Assembly: GCA_902558095.1 (NCBI GenBank) | Contig: CACECP010000006.1 | Coordinates: 4,850 to 68,849 of the forward strand | Reading direction: 5' to 3' | Source of the DNA: an uncultured SAR86 cluster bacterium | GTDB taxonomy: Bacteria; Pseudomonadota; Gammaproteobacteria; Magnimaribacterales; D2472 | DNA length: 64,000 bases | Part shown: positions 55,536-64,000 of the stretch, piece after piece | Layout: each line of letters opens with the position of its first letter | How positions within the stretch are numbered: position 1 is the stretch's first letter | Notes under the pieces: model-generated | Databases searched by the model: none | What the model saw: only the letters and a program-made list of their open reading frames with translations | Told to the model about the DNA's origin: nothing | Program-made: the position numbers and the translations under genes

Positions 55536-56324
55536 TTACGAATCAGGACTATTATAAAGCTCCCAGCTATCGTAATAATCTGGGCTCATGCATGTTGATA
55601 TTTCATTAAACTGAGCTTCCATAGCCTGTCCATTTTCTTCCCAGTCTGCATTTCCTGCTTTCATAGTTTCAAAAGTTGCATGCCAATTTCCCCACAAGAA
55701 ATCATTTGCTGCATCCTCAAATTCAGGATAATAAACTCCAAAAAAATATGGTGACTGTGATCCATTTTCATCAAGATACTCGTTAAATGCTACAACAGCA
55801 GCTCTAAGATCAGAGCTTGATTTTCCTTCATTAAAATCACATGCTAGAAATTCAGATGCGAAGTATCCATTTTCACCCATTACCTCACCAAATGAATCAG
55901 GCTCTCTAGGTAAATAAAAGGTCCATGGATATCTTCCTTCAATATCACAAGTCATAACTTCTGCATAATCTTCTGCCCATGCAAGAAATTCAGGACTTGG
56001 ATTATTAAACGCATTATCAGAGCTTTCCTTAGAATCCCATTCAAGTTCCCACCAGCCATTTGAAAATCTATGATTTTCTCCAACTGGAGCATATACTCCT
56101 GCCCATCCTAAACCTTCAGCTATTGGTAAATCTTGCCATGCAGATAGCATCTCAGTAATTGTCTCTTGCGAGTATTTGGGTCCCGCTTCACAAGCCAAAA
56201 ACTCATTATAATAAGGACCTAAATGAATAGGACCTTTTTCAGTATCTTTAGATATGTTTTGATCTGTGCAGCTTACTAAAAAAACTATAACTAAAAAACT
56301 GTATATTTTTACAAAATGCTTCAT
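55536..56324 (-). CDS. acidic, Trp-rich lipoprotein, hypothetical
   Basis: Lipobox FLVSC. Many W/E/D residues (GWWELEWDSKESS, WGNWHATFETMKAGNADWEENG). Confidence 0.6.
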   Translation of the reverse strand: MKHFVKIYSFLVIVFLVSCTDQNISKDTEKGPIHLGPYYNEFLACEAGPKYSQETITEMLSAWQDLPIAEGLGWAGVYAPVGENHRFSNGWWELEWDSKESSDNAFNNPSPEFLAWAEDYAEVMTCDIEGRYPWTFYLPREPDSFGEVMGENGYFASEFLACDFNEGKSSSDLRAAVVAFNEYLDENGSQSPYFFGVYYPEFEDAANDFLWGNWHATFETMKAGNADWEENGQAMEAQFNEISTCMSPDYYDSWELYNSPDS

Positions 56325-56326
56325 GC

Positions 56327-56731
56327 TTACTTTTTAAACCAAATTGGATAAAGAATAATTGCAAAAGCCGATAAAAAGAAAACTATTGCTACAGGTTGGT
56401 TTAGTAAACTTGGTTCACCACCAAATGTCTCAGCAAATTTCATAGCTCCTTCACTGACTTCCATACCTTCTTCACTCATTGTTTTAAATGCATTGGCTGT
56501 TACAGACCAATTCGTTTGTGCCATAAGGTTTATTTGAATTCCCCAAAGAATTACAGATCCACCAAATAAAGTAAGTAACACTTTACCAAATAAAGTTTTA
56601 TTTTCCTCTGATTGTTCAGATGCAACACTTGCAAATCTAGCTGCAACCCAAATAGCAATTATCGTGGTAAGACCACCAATTGCTCCTGGAATCCTGTTTG
56701 TTGCCCAAACACTCCACATTTCCATTTCCAT
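56327..56731 (-). CDS. 4-TM membrane protein, hypothetical
   Basis: 134 aa, hydrophobic helices. A 2-nt gap separates it from the downstream lipoprotein gene. Confidence 0.55.
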   Translation of the reverse strand: MEMEMWSVWATNRIPGAIGGLTTIIAIWVAARFASVASEQSEENKTLFGKVLLTLFGGSVILWGIQINLMAQTNWSVTANAFKTMSEEGMEVSEGAMKFAETFGGEPSLLNQPVAIVFFLSAFAIILYPIWFKK

Positions 56732-56847
56732 ATAATTTCTCCTCTATCAATAAAAAATGAATAATAAATGTAACACTTAAATATGTATATTTTGAAAATA
56801 ATATGTATATTTTTTGTAACTATTTTTAAAAGGGAGATATATTAGAA

Positions 56848-57699
56848 TTAATGTTCTTGTACAAATTTACTAACTTGCTTTACACCGCCTAGTGGAAAAA
56901 AATGAACCTTTTCAATATTGAAATCTGGATTATTAAATTTGTAAATAGCCAATTCATCAAGAATTTTTGTAGGCTTATAGGGTAATAGTAATTTTGTTAA
57001 ATCAAGGGCACGTTTTTGAAGAATTTTTATAGATGCTCCTACACCACATTCTATTGAGTATCTTAATAATGTTTGTAACTTTGCTGGTCCAGCAATACCA
57101 ATATGAATTGGAATGTCTACACCTTTGTTCTTTATATCATTAGCCCAGTTAATTACTGTTTTCGAATCAAAACAAAATTGGGTAGTTATTGCCATATCAG
57201 CATCTGTTCTATTGTTATATTCATTTTTCCATAATAATGCCTGATCAATATTTTTAGTTGAACCATCTGGATCAATATCTTTATTTCCTTCAGGATGTCC
57301 AGCAATATATAGCTTTTCAAAACCTGCTAGATCAAATAACTCTGATTCAATTAGTTGTATTGATGAATCATATTCACCATAAGGTTTATTTACGCCTCCG
57401 CCTAAAAGAAGTGCACCTTTTACATTAGCTTCATTTTGATATTTTGAGATCCAATCTTTTAGAGTTTTTTTATCTTTAATAATACGAGCAGGAAAATGAG
57501 GCATGGTGGCGTAACCTTGTTCATTTATTTTTTTTGCCGTTTTAACCATTTCCTCTATAGGAGTGCCTTCAATATGTGCTATATATACAAGGGTGCCGGA
57601 TGGTATTAATTCGTGGAGATTTTCAATTTTTGCAACTGCTCTGGGCGTTACTTCAATTGAAAAATTATTCAAAAAATTTTTAAGCAAGTTCTTACTCAT
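56848..57699 (-). CDS. metF: methylenetetrahydrofolate reductase family protein
   Basis: FSIEVTP N-terminal motif, HPEG, TQFCFD. Confidence 0.75.
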   Translation of the reverse strand: MSKNLLKNFLNNFSIEVTPRAVAKIENLHELIPSGTLVYIAHIEGTPIEEMVKTAKKINEQGYATMPHFPARIIKDKKTLKDWISKYQNEANVKGALLLGGGVNKPYGEYDSSIQLIESELFDLAGFEKLYIAGHPEGNKDIDPDGSTKNIDQALLWKNEYNNRTDADMAITTQFCFDSKTVINWANDIKNKGVDIPIHIGIAGPAKLQTLLRYSIECGVGASIKILQKRALDLTKLLLPYKPTKILDELAIYKFNNPDFNIEKVHFFPLGGVKQVSKFVQEH

Positions 57700-57719
57700 A
57701 TCATATTAAAACATAAATC

Positions 57720-57809
57720 TGGCGGAGAGTGAGGGATTCGAACCCTCGAACCAGTTACCCAGTTACCTCCTTAGCAGGGAGGCGCTTTCGACCACTCAGC
57801 CAACTCTCC
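57720..57809 (-). tRNA. tRNA-Ser (anticodon GCU), 90 nt with long variable arm and encoded CCA
   Basis: Reverse complement GGAGAGTTGGCTGAGTGGTCGAAAGCGCCTCCCTGCTAAGGAGGTAACTGGGTAACTGGTTCGAGGGTTCGAATCCCTCACTCTCCGCCA. Anticodon stem CCTCC/GGAGG with loop CTGCTAA. Confidence 0.9.
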
Positions 57810-57863
57810 TATTTATTTCAAAAAAAGGGATTATAACTCTTCGACAGCTTAAAAATAACTAAT

Positions 57864-59198
57864 TTATCTATTGAATTCTATTTGCATTCCAAAAGGCAAA
57901 TTGTCACTAACAACACCGTCTTTAAATGCTATGTTTCCATTTACAATTGTCATAAATATTGATGAATTGAATTTATGACCTTCAAATGGTGACCAACCAC
58001 ATTTATATAAAATATTATCTTTAGAAACCTGATATGGATTATTTAAATCTAATATGGCTAGATCAGCATAATAGCCTTCTCTTATATAACCTCTATCTTT
58101 TACTTGAAATCTTTTTGCAACGTTATGGCTCGTTTTTTCAACAATAGTTTCAAGTGTAAGAATATCATTGTTGAAAAAATCCATTAATATTTGAAGTCCA
58201 TGTTGAACCAGAGGAAGGCCAGCTGGAGCCTCAGGATATGGTTTGTTTTTCTCATCCCAAGTATGTGGCGCATGATCAGTAGCAATGATGTCAATTTTGT
58301 CATCAAGCAAAGACTCTATTAATGCCAACCTATCAGACTCTTCTTTAATTGAGGGATTGCATTTAATTTGATTACCTAACTCAGAATAGTATGTTTCATT
58401 AAAAAACATGTGATGAACACAAACCTCTGAAGTAATTTTTTTTCCATCAATTGCTCCAGAACTTAATAAATCCATTTCTTTTTCTGTAGTTAAATGAAAA
58501 ACATGTAAATCTGAATCATACTTTTTAGCCAAATCGACAGCTAAAGAGCTTGATAAATAACAACTTTCAACATCTCGTATTAAATGATGATGCTCAGCAG
58601 AAACTTTATTGCCATATTTTTCATAGAAAAGTTGTTCGTTTTTTTTGACGGTTCCTTGATCTTCACAATGAGTAACAACTATGAGTGGTGAATAATTAAA
58701 AATGTCATCAAGTGCATCTATGTCATCTACTAACATTTCTCCTGTTGAAGCACCCATAAATACCTTCAGTGCCGATGCTTGATGTATGTCTGCTCTTTTA
58801 ATTTCTTCTATATTTGTATTACTTGCACCAAGATGAAAAGAATAATTTGAAAGAGATTTGGTGCTGGCTAATTGAAATTTTTTTGTTAGATTCTCATTTG
58901 TAGTCGTTGTAGGATTTACATTAGGCATTTCGAAATAACTTGTCACTCCACCTGCTAGGCCTGCTCTTGATTCTGTTGCAATATCGCCTTTATGAGTTAA
59001 ACCCGGTTCTCTAAAATGGACTTGATCATCTATTAGTCCAGGAATTACATAACGGCCTTTTACATCTACTACCTCTTTTGCTTCTGCTGTGATTTCTTTT
59101 TCAATCAACTCAATTCTTGAGTTCTTAATAGCAATATCTGCTTCAATAATATTATTTTCGTTAACAATTTTGCAATTCTGAATTTTTAAATCAAACAT
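57864..59198 (-). CDS. pyrC: dihydroorotase-type cyclic amidohydrolase
   Basis: DDQVHFREPG, ALKVFMG (carboxylated-Lys context), VTHCED, ATDHAPH. Confidence 0.7.
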   Translation of the reverse strand: MFDLKIQNCKIVNENNIIEADIAIKNSRIELIEKEITAEAKEVVDVKGRYVIPGLIDDQVHFREPGLTHKGDIATESRAGLAGGVTSYFEMPNVNPTTTTNENLTKKFQLASTKSLSNYSFHLGASNTNIEEIKRADIHQASALKVFMGASTGEMLVDDIDALDDIFNYSPLIVVTHCEDQGTVKKNEQLFYEKYGNKVSAEHHHLIRDVESCYLSSSLAVDLAKKYDSDLHVFHLTTEKEMDLLSSGAIDGKKITSEVCVHHMFFNETYYSELGNQIKCNPSIKEESDRLALIESLLDDKIDIIATDHAPHTWDEKNKPYPEAPAGLPLVQHGLQILMDFFNNDILTLETIVEKTSHNVAKRFQVKDRGYIREGYYADLAILDLNNPYQVSKDNILYKCGWSPFEGHKFNSSIFMTIVNGNIAFKDGVVSDNLPFGMQIEFNR

Positions 59199-60413
59199 CT
59201 ACTTTTCTAAGTCAAACTCTTTGTGAAGAACTTCTACAGCCTTATCTACTATATTTTTTTCAACTACCATTGTAATTTTAATTTCTGATGTACATATGAT
59301 CTGTATATTAACATCATTCTCTGACAGAGCTTTGAAAGCCCTACTAGCAACACCAGCTTGCGATCTCATTCCAACACCAACCAAGGAAACTTTCGCAATA
59401 TTAGAGTCAACGATAAGCTCTTTGAAATTAATATCATTTCTTACATTTTCAAGAACCTTTTTAACAGTATCCTCTTCTTCAGATGAAACAGTAAATGTAA
59501 AATCCGTTTTACCATCAACACTTACGTTTTGAACGATAACATCAACCTCAACCTCGGCATCACTTATTGGTCCCAAAATCTTAAATGCGGTTCCTGGAAC
59601 ATCACCAACTCCGTGTAAAGTAAATTTAATCTGATCTTTCTGAAAAGCTATACCTGAGACTAATGCGTTTTCCATGCTTTCATCCTTTAAAGTAATTAAA
59701 GTTCCACTTCCCTCATTAAAGCTTGATAACACTCTGACCGGGACATTGTATTTATTAGCAAATTCAACTGCTCTAGTTTGCATTACTTTTGCCCCTTGCC
59801 CTGCAAGCTCAAGCATTTCTTCCATTGTAATTGAATCTAATTTTTTTGCATTCGAAACAACTTTTGGATCAGTAGTAAAAATACCATCAACATCGGTATA
59901 AATATCACATCTTAATGCTCCAACCTGAGCTGCTATTGCAACAGCAGTTGTATCAGAACCACCCCTTCCCAAAGTAGTTATATCTCCACCTTCGGTTATA
60001 CCTTGAAATCCAGTAATAATAGGTATTGTATTATCTTCAACTACCTCAAGAATTTTTTTTGAGTTTACATCTAGTATTTTAGCTTTTGAGAACGAATTAG
60101 TAGTTTTCATAGCAATTTGTGATGCTGAGTATGATTTTGCTTTAATTCCTTTTGAATGCAATGCCATTGCAAGTAATGCTGAACTTACTGTTTCTCCCGT
60201 TGAAACTAATGCATCGAATTCTCTTTTATCAGGATCTTCACTGAAATGTTTTGATAGTTTTATTAACTTATTTGTTTCTCCACCCATTGCAGATACAACT
60301 ACAATAATGTCATTGGATTTTGAGGCGTTTTTGATAATCTCGGCAACTGCATCAATTCTTTCAACAGATCCAACAGAAGTACCCCCAAACTTTTGAACTA
60401 TAATTTTTGACAT
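59199..60413 (-). CDS. lysC: aspartate kinase
   Basis: VQKFGGTSVG N-terminus, LGRGGSDTTA, two C-terminal ACT-like repeats. Confidence 0.92.
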   Translation of the reverse strand: MSKIIVQKFGGTSVGSVERIDAVAEIIKNASKSNDIIVVVSAMGGETNKLIKLSKHFSEDPDKREFDALVSTGETVSSALLAMALHSKGIKAKSYSASQIAMKTTNSFSKAKILDVNSKKILEVVEDNTIPIITGFQGITEGGDITTLGRGGSDTTAVAIAAQVGALRCDIYTDVDGIFTTDPKVVSNAKKLDSITMEEMLELAGQGAKVMQTRAVEFANKYNVPVRVLSSFNEGSGTLITLKDESMENALVSGIAFQKDQIKFTLHGVGDVPGTAFKILGPISDAEVEVDVIVQNVSVDGKTDFTFTVSSEEEDTVKKVLENVRNDINFKELIVDSNIAKVSLVGVGMRSQAGVASRAFKALSENDVNIQIICTSEIKITMVVEKNIVDKAVEVLHKEFDLEK

Positions 60414-60422
60414 AGTATTTTT

Positions 60423-62996
60423 CTATTTAGCGAGGGATTTTACTGAATCTTGGATAGATGTCACGAAATCTTTAATATTTTTAGACTCGCCAGCTCCTTG
60501 AGCAAAATCAGGTCTACCACCACCTTTGCCACCAATTTTTTCAGATACAACAGAAACTATATCTTTTGCAGATAAGGTATCTGTAAGATTTTTAGTGACT
60601 CCACAAACAAGCGCAATCTTATTATTTTGTTCTGAAAAAATAACAACACAAACTTTTTCGTTTGTATTTTTTTGCTCGTCGGCTATTAATCTTAAATCTT
60701 TGGTGTCATCTAATTGAACTTGCAGAATAACTAGTTTCCAATCATTGATTTCAAAACTTTCTGAAAAAACTATTTCTCTTTTTGTGCTTTTATTTTCTTT
60801 ACTTTTTAAATTCTTATTCTCATCAATGAGTGATTTTATTTTATCTTGTATATCATTTGCAGAGACATTTAGAAGGTTTTGAATTGAGGAATTAACTTCT
60901 TTTAATTTTTTTATATAGTTTAAAGCCTGCATCCCAGCAACAGCTTCAACTCTTCTTATACCAGAAGCAACACTTGATTGTGTTGTAACGATAAAGAATC
61001 CAATATCACCAGTTCTAGCAACATGAGTACCACCACATAACTCTACTGAATAAGAGTTCTCACCCATTGTAAGAACTCTAACATCATCATCATACTTTTC
61101 ACCAAAAAGTGCCATTGCACCTGAATTCATTGCATCATCGAGTTTCATTAATTCAGTTTTTACTTCAAGATTATTGAGAGCCTCTTTATTAACAATTTCT
61201 TCTATAGTTGCTATTTCATTCTGAGTTAAAGGTTTGTCATGAGAAAAATCAAAACGTAGCTTATTTTCATCAACCAAAGATCCTTTTTGTTGAACATGAT
61301 CTCCTAGAACTTCACGCAAAGCAGCATGCAGTAGATGTGTACTAGAGTGATGAATTGCTATTGCTATTCTTTTTTCTTTTTCTACGCTCATTTGAATTAG
61401 ATCACCTTTTTTAATTTCTCCACTTTCTATTGTAACTTTATGAATAAAAACCTTGCCTTGTTTCCTACAATCTAAAATGTTACCAGTAGCGTTGTCAGAT
61501 GCAAACTTTCCTTTGTCCCCAATTTGACCACCAGATTCTGCATAAAATGGTGTTTGATTACATGCTAAAAATATTTCTTGGCCCTTGAGAGCATTTTCAA
61601 TCCTCTCTTGTCCATCCCACATTACAAGAATTTCAGACTCAGATTCAAGCTGATCATAACCTAAGAACTTAGTCTCCTCGACACCAGATGCAGCAGGAAG
61701 AGATGAAACGAAATGACTAGATGACTTAGAAGATTCTTGTTGTTGTTTCATACATTTATTAAAGCCATCTTCGTCAATTAATAACTGTTTTTCTCGAGCA
61801 ATATCAGCAGTCAAATCAAAAGGAAATCCATATGTGTCATGAAGTTTAAATACAATCTCGCCTGAAATAGTATTATTCTGCATTGTTGAAATGGTCTCTT
61901 CTAAAATCTCAATGCCATTTTGTAAGGTTTCAAAAAATTTTGTCTCTTCATTTTTAATAATCTTTACTATATTTTCATAGTTATCCTCAAGCTCGGGGTA
62001 TGCCTGCTTCATTAAACTAATAAGGTCTTTGACCAACAAGTGCAAAAAAGGCTCTGTTGCGCCTATTTTATATCCATGCCTGATACCTCTTCGCATTATT
62101 CTTCTCAAGACATATCCTCTTCCCTCTTTTTCAGGAATTACGCCATCCGAAATTAAAAATACACTTGATCTTATATGGTCGGCAATAACTTTATGTGAAG
62201 TGCTATCCTTATTACCAAGTATTTTTTCTGAAGCAATAATTAAATCTTTAAAAATATCTGTTTCATAGTTTGAATTAACACCTTGCATCACTGCAGCAAT
62301 TCTTTCGAGACCCATTCCTGTATCAACTGAAGGCTTTGGAAGAGGTTCCATACCTCCACTTTCATCTCTATTGAATTGCATAAAGACAAGATTCCATATT
62401 TCAACAAATCTATCTCCTTCATCACCATCGGCTCCTGGAGGTGTTCCTTCGATATGATCGCCATGGTCATAAAATATTTCAGAGCAAGGCCCGCATGGAC
62501 CTGTATCACCCATTGACCAAAAATTATCTTCATCACCAAGTCTGGCAATTCTTTTAGGGTCTATTCCAATGTTATTTTTCCAAATTTCTTCTGCTTCATC
62601 ATCGTCTTTGTAAACAGTTATCCATAACTTATTTCTATCAAGCTTAAGAACTTCAGTTAAAAACTCCCAAGCAAACTCAATGGCCTCTTCTTTAAAATAA
62701 TCACCAAAACTAAAATTACCCAGCATTTCAAAAAATGTATGATGACGGAGCGTATAACCAACATTCTCTAAATCATTATGTTTTCCGCCAGCTCTTATAC
62801 ATCTTTGTGATGTCGATGCTCTTTTATAACTTTTTTTATCAGTTCCGAGAAAAACATCTTTGAACTGAACCATGCCAGCATTAGTAAACAGTAGGGTTTC
62901 ATCATTACTTGGCACCAATGCACTTGATGGAACAATCTCATGATTTTTTGATTCAAAGAAATCTAAAAAAGATTGTCTGATTTCATTAGTTTTCAT
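60423..62996 (-). CDS. alaS: alanine--tRNA ligase
   Basis: 857 aa: FTNAGMVQFK, RCIRAGGKHNDLENVG, editing-domain HSSTHLLH and CGGTHV, C-terminal DHHA1-like GGGRPDFAQG. Confidence 0.95.
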   Translation of the reverse strand: MKTNEIRQSFLDFFESKNHEIVPSSALVPSNDETLLFTNAGMVQFKDVFLGTDKKSYKRASTSQRCIRAGGKHNDLENVGYTLRHHTFFEMLGNFSFGDYFKEEAIEFAWEFLTEVLKLDRNKLWITVYKDDDEAEEIWKNNIGIDPKRIARLGDEDNFWSMGDTGPCGPCSEIFYDHGDHIEGTPPGADGDEGDRFVEIWNLVFMQFNRDESGGMEPLPKPSVDTGMGLERIAAVMQGVNSNYETDIFKDLIIASEKILGNKDSTSHKVIADHIRSSVFLISDGVIPEKEGRGYVLRRIMRRGIRHGYKIGATEPFLHLLVKDLISLMKQAYPELEDNYENIVKIIKNEETKFFETLQNGIEILEETISTMQNNTISGEIVFKLHDTYGFPFDLTADIAREKQLLIDEDGFNKCMKQQQESSKSSSHFVSSLPAASGVEETKFLGYDQLESESEILVMWDGQERIENALKGQEIFLACNQTPFYAESGGQIGDKGKFASDNATGNILDCRKQGKVFIHKVTIESGEIKKGDLIQMSVEKEKRIAIAIHHSSTHLLHAALREVLGDHVQQKGSLVDENKLRFDFSHDKPLTQNEIATIEEIVNKEALNNLEVKTELMKLDDAMNSGAMALFGEKYDDDVRVLTMGENSYSVELCGGTHVARTGDIGFFIVTTQSSVASGIRRVEAVAGMQALNYIKKLKEVNSSIQNLLNVSANDIQDKIKSLIDENKNLKSKENKSTKREIVFSESFEINDWKLVILQVQLDDTKDLRLIADEQKNTNEKVCVVIFSEQNNKIALVCGVTKNLTDTLSAKDIVSVVSEKIGGKGGGRPDFAQGAGESKNIKDFVTSIQDSVKSLAK

Positions 62997-63513
62997 GATA
63001 ATGCGCCAACTGTTTATATTTTTTATAATTATCTATGTAGTGTTCTGCACCAAGTGGAACAACGCTTTGCTCTTCCTCGGTAAGAGTTTTTTTAATCTTT
63101 CCAGGAATACCAAGCACCATTGATCCGTCTGGCACTTCCATTCCTTCAGTGACTAATGCTTTTGAACCAATAATACAATTCTTGCCAATTTTAGCGCCAT
63201 TAAGAATAACCGAACCAATTCCAATTAAACTTCCATCTCCAATAGAGCAACCATGTAACATTGCCATATGACCAACAGTTACTTTCTTTCCTATCCTACA
63301 TGCAAAACCAGGATCAGTATGGACAATAGCTCCATCTTGAACATTTGAGCCTTCGCCAATAGTAATGGGTTCATTATCAGCTCTCAAAATTGCATTAAAC
63401 CAAATACTTGCATCCCGCTCTAAGTTAACTTCGCCAATTACGCTTGCATTAGGTGCAATCCAAAAATTATCGTCAGCCGTTTTTAGTTTTTTATCTCCTA
63501 AATCAATAATCAT
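62986..63513 (-). CDS. gamma-class carbonic anhydrase-like hexapeptide-repeat protein
   Basis: Left-handed beta-helix repeats and a YrdA/PaaY-like pattern (IGEGSNVQDGAIVH, VTVGHMAMLHGCSIG). Confidence 0.8.
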   Translation of the reverse strand: MIIDLGDKKLKTADDNFWIAPNASVIGEVNLERDASIWFNAILRADNEPITIGEGSNVQDGAIVHTDPGFACRIGKKVTVGHMAMLHGCSIGDGSLIGIGSVILNGAKIGKNCIIGSKALVTEGMEVPDGSMVLGIPGKIKKTLTEEEQSVVPLGAEHYIDNYKKYKQLAHYHEN

Positions 63514-64000
63514 CGTACGCTCTTATCAAATCTAAATCAGTATTAATTGAGGCATTAAAACAAATATTAAGAAAATCTGCAGTAATCATTGCTGTAAGAC
63601 CCCATATATGGTTCCCATTATAAACCCAACTTGGAATAGATACTTTTAAATCCTTTCTATTAAATTCTTTATAACTTATGTTTTCAGGATTAGTTAAAAA
63701 ACTTATTGGAACGGTAAAAATCGTATCTATTTCATAATTACCCTGGAAAACTTGTTTAGTTTCAAGGTAGGCTACAAATGGATTAACTTCTACTTTATGT
63801 CTTGAAAGCAAAAAATTTAATGATCCTAGTTTGATCATATTATTTTTTTCAAGGCCGATTTCTTCATAAGATTCTCGCAATGCGGTATCAAATAAACTTT
63901 CATCTTGCTCTTCCCATTTACCTCCTGGAAAGCTTACCTCGCCAGAATGAGTTGATAAATTCGAAGACCTTTTTGTATACAATATCCTTACATCCTCTTT
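63503..64000 (-). CDS. NUDIX hydrolase (CoA pyrophosphatase-like); N-terminus beyond the right edge
   Basis: Nudix box GGKWEEQDESLFDTALRESYEEIGL. The frame stays open upstream of the track's TTG start to position 64000 (..KEDVRILYTKRSS). Confidence 0.8.
   Translation of the reverse strand, partial: KEDVRILYTKRSSNLSTHSGEVSFPGGKWEEQDESLFDTALRESYEEIGLEKNNMIKLGSLNFLLSRHKVEVNPFVAYLETKQVFQGNYEIDTIFTVPISFLTNPENISYKEFNRKDLKVSIPSWVYNGNHIWGLTAMITADFLNICFNASINTDLDLIRAYDDY

Noticed and set aside
1-64000. CRISPR arrays, IS elements, transposases, integrases, rRNA, prophage structural genes
   Set aside because: I looked for regularly spaced direct repeats, DDE/tyrosine-recombinase-like ORFs and terminal inverted repeats and found none. 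The only repeat family of note is the tRNA-Leu 3'-end triplet.

Overview
This is a visibly AT-rich, tightly packed bacterial chromosomal window with about 70 genes, roughly 60 of them on the minus strand. Many genes have 4-nt start/stop overlaps or zero spacing. Housekeeping content and gene order look gammaproteobacterial: ccmABCDEFGH, smc-zipA-ligase, alaS-lysC-tRNA-Ser, thrS, cysS-maf-folE, metY and metF. There are three TonB-dependent receptors (two in tandem), a cytochrome P450, a pair of acyl-CoA dehydrogenases, an alkyl-sulfatase, and large M16-type and reprolysin-like zinc-motif peptidases. This profile fits a streamlined marine heterotroph of the SAR86 type, but that assignment is inference only, since no marker search was possible. 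I read three tRNAs by hand: Leu-UAG, Arg-CCU and Ser-GCU. I saw no CRISPR array, rRNA, transposase or integrase. The most unusual locus is 8249-10727. There tRNA-Leu(UAG) is followed by two ~1.2 kb single-gene islets, each closed by an exact direct copy of the last 23-24 nt of the tRNA (att-like), with no recombinase gene. One islet encodes a GIY-YIG (T5orf172-like) nuclease preceded by four tandem C-x-H...C-x2-C zinc-ribbon modules. The other encodes an orphan lipoprotein and carries related motifs at both ends. Other points of interest: a terminator/antiterminator-like leader in front of a TonB-dependent receptor; an ATP-dependent DNA ligase sitting where ligA normally follows smc-zipA; a 732-aa SMC with intact heads but no recognisable hinge; and a P450 operon with three orphan genes. 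Functional calls rest on motifs I could read in the supplied translations. No database search was run.
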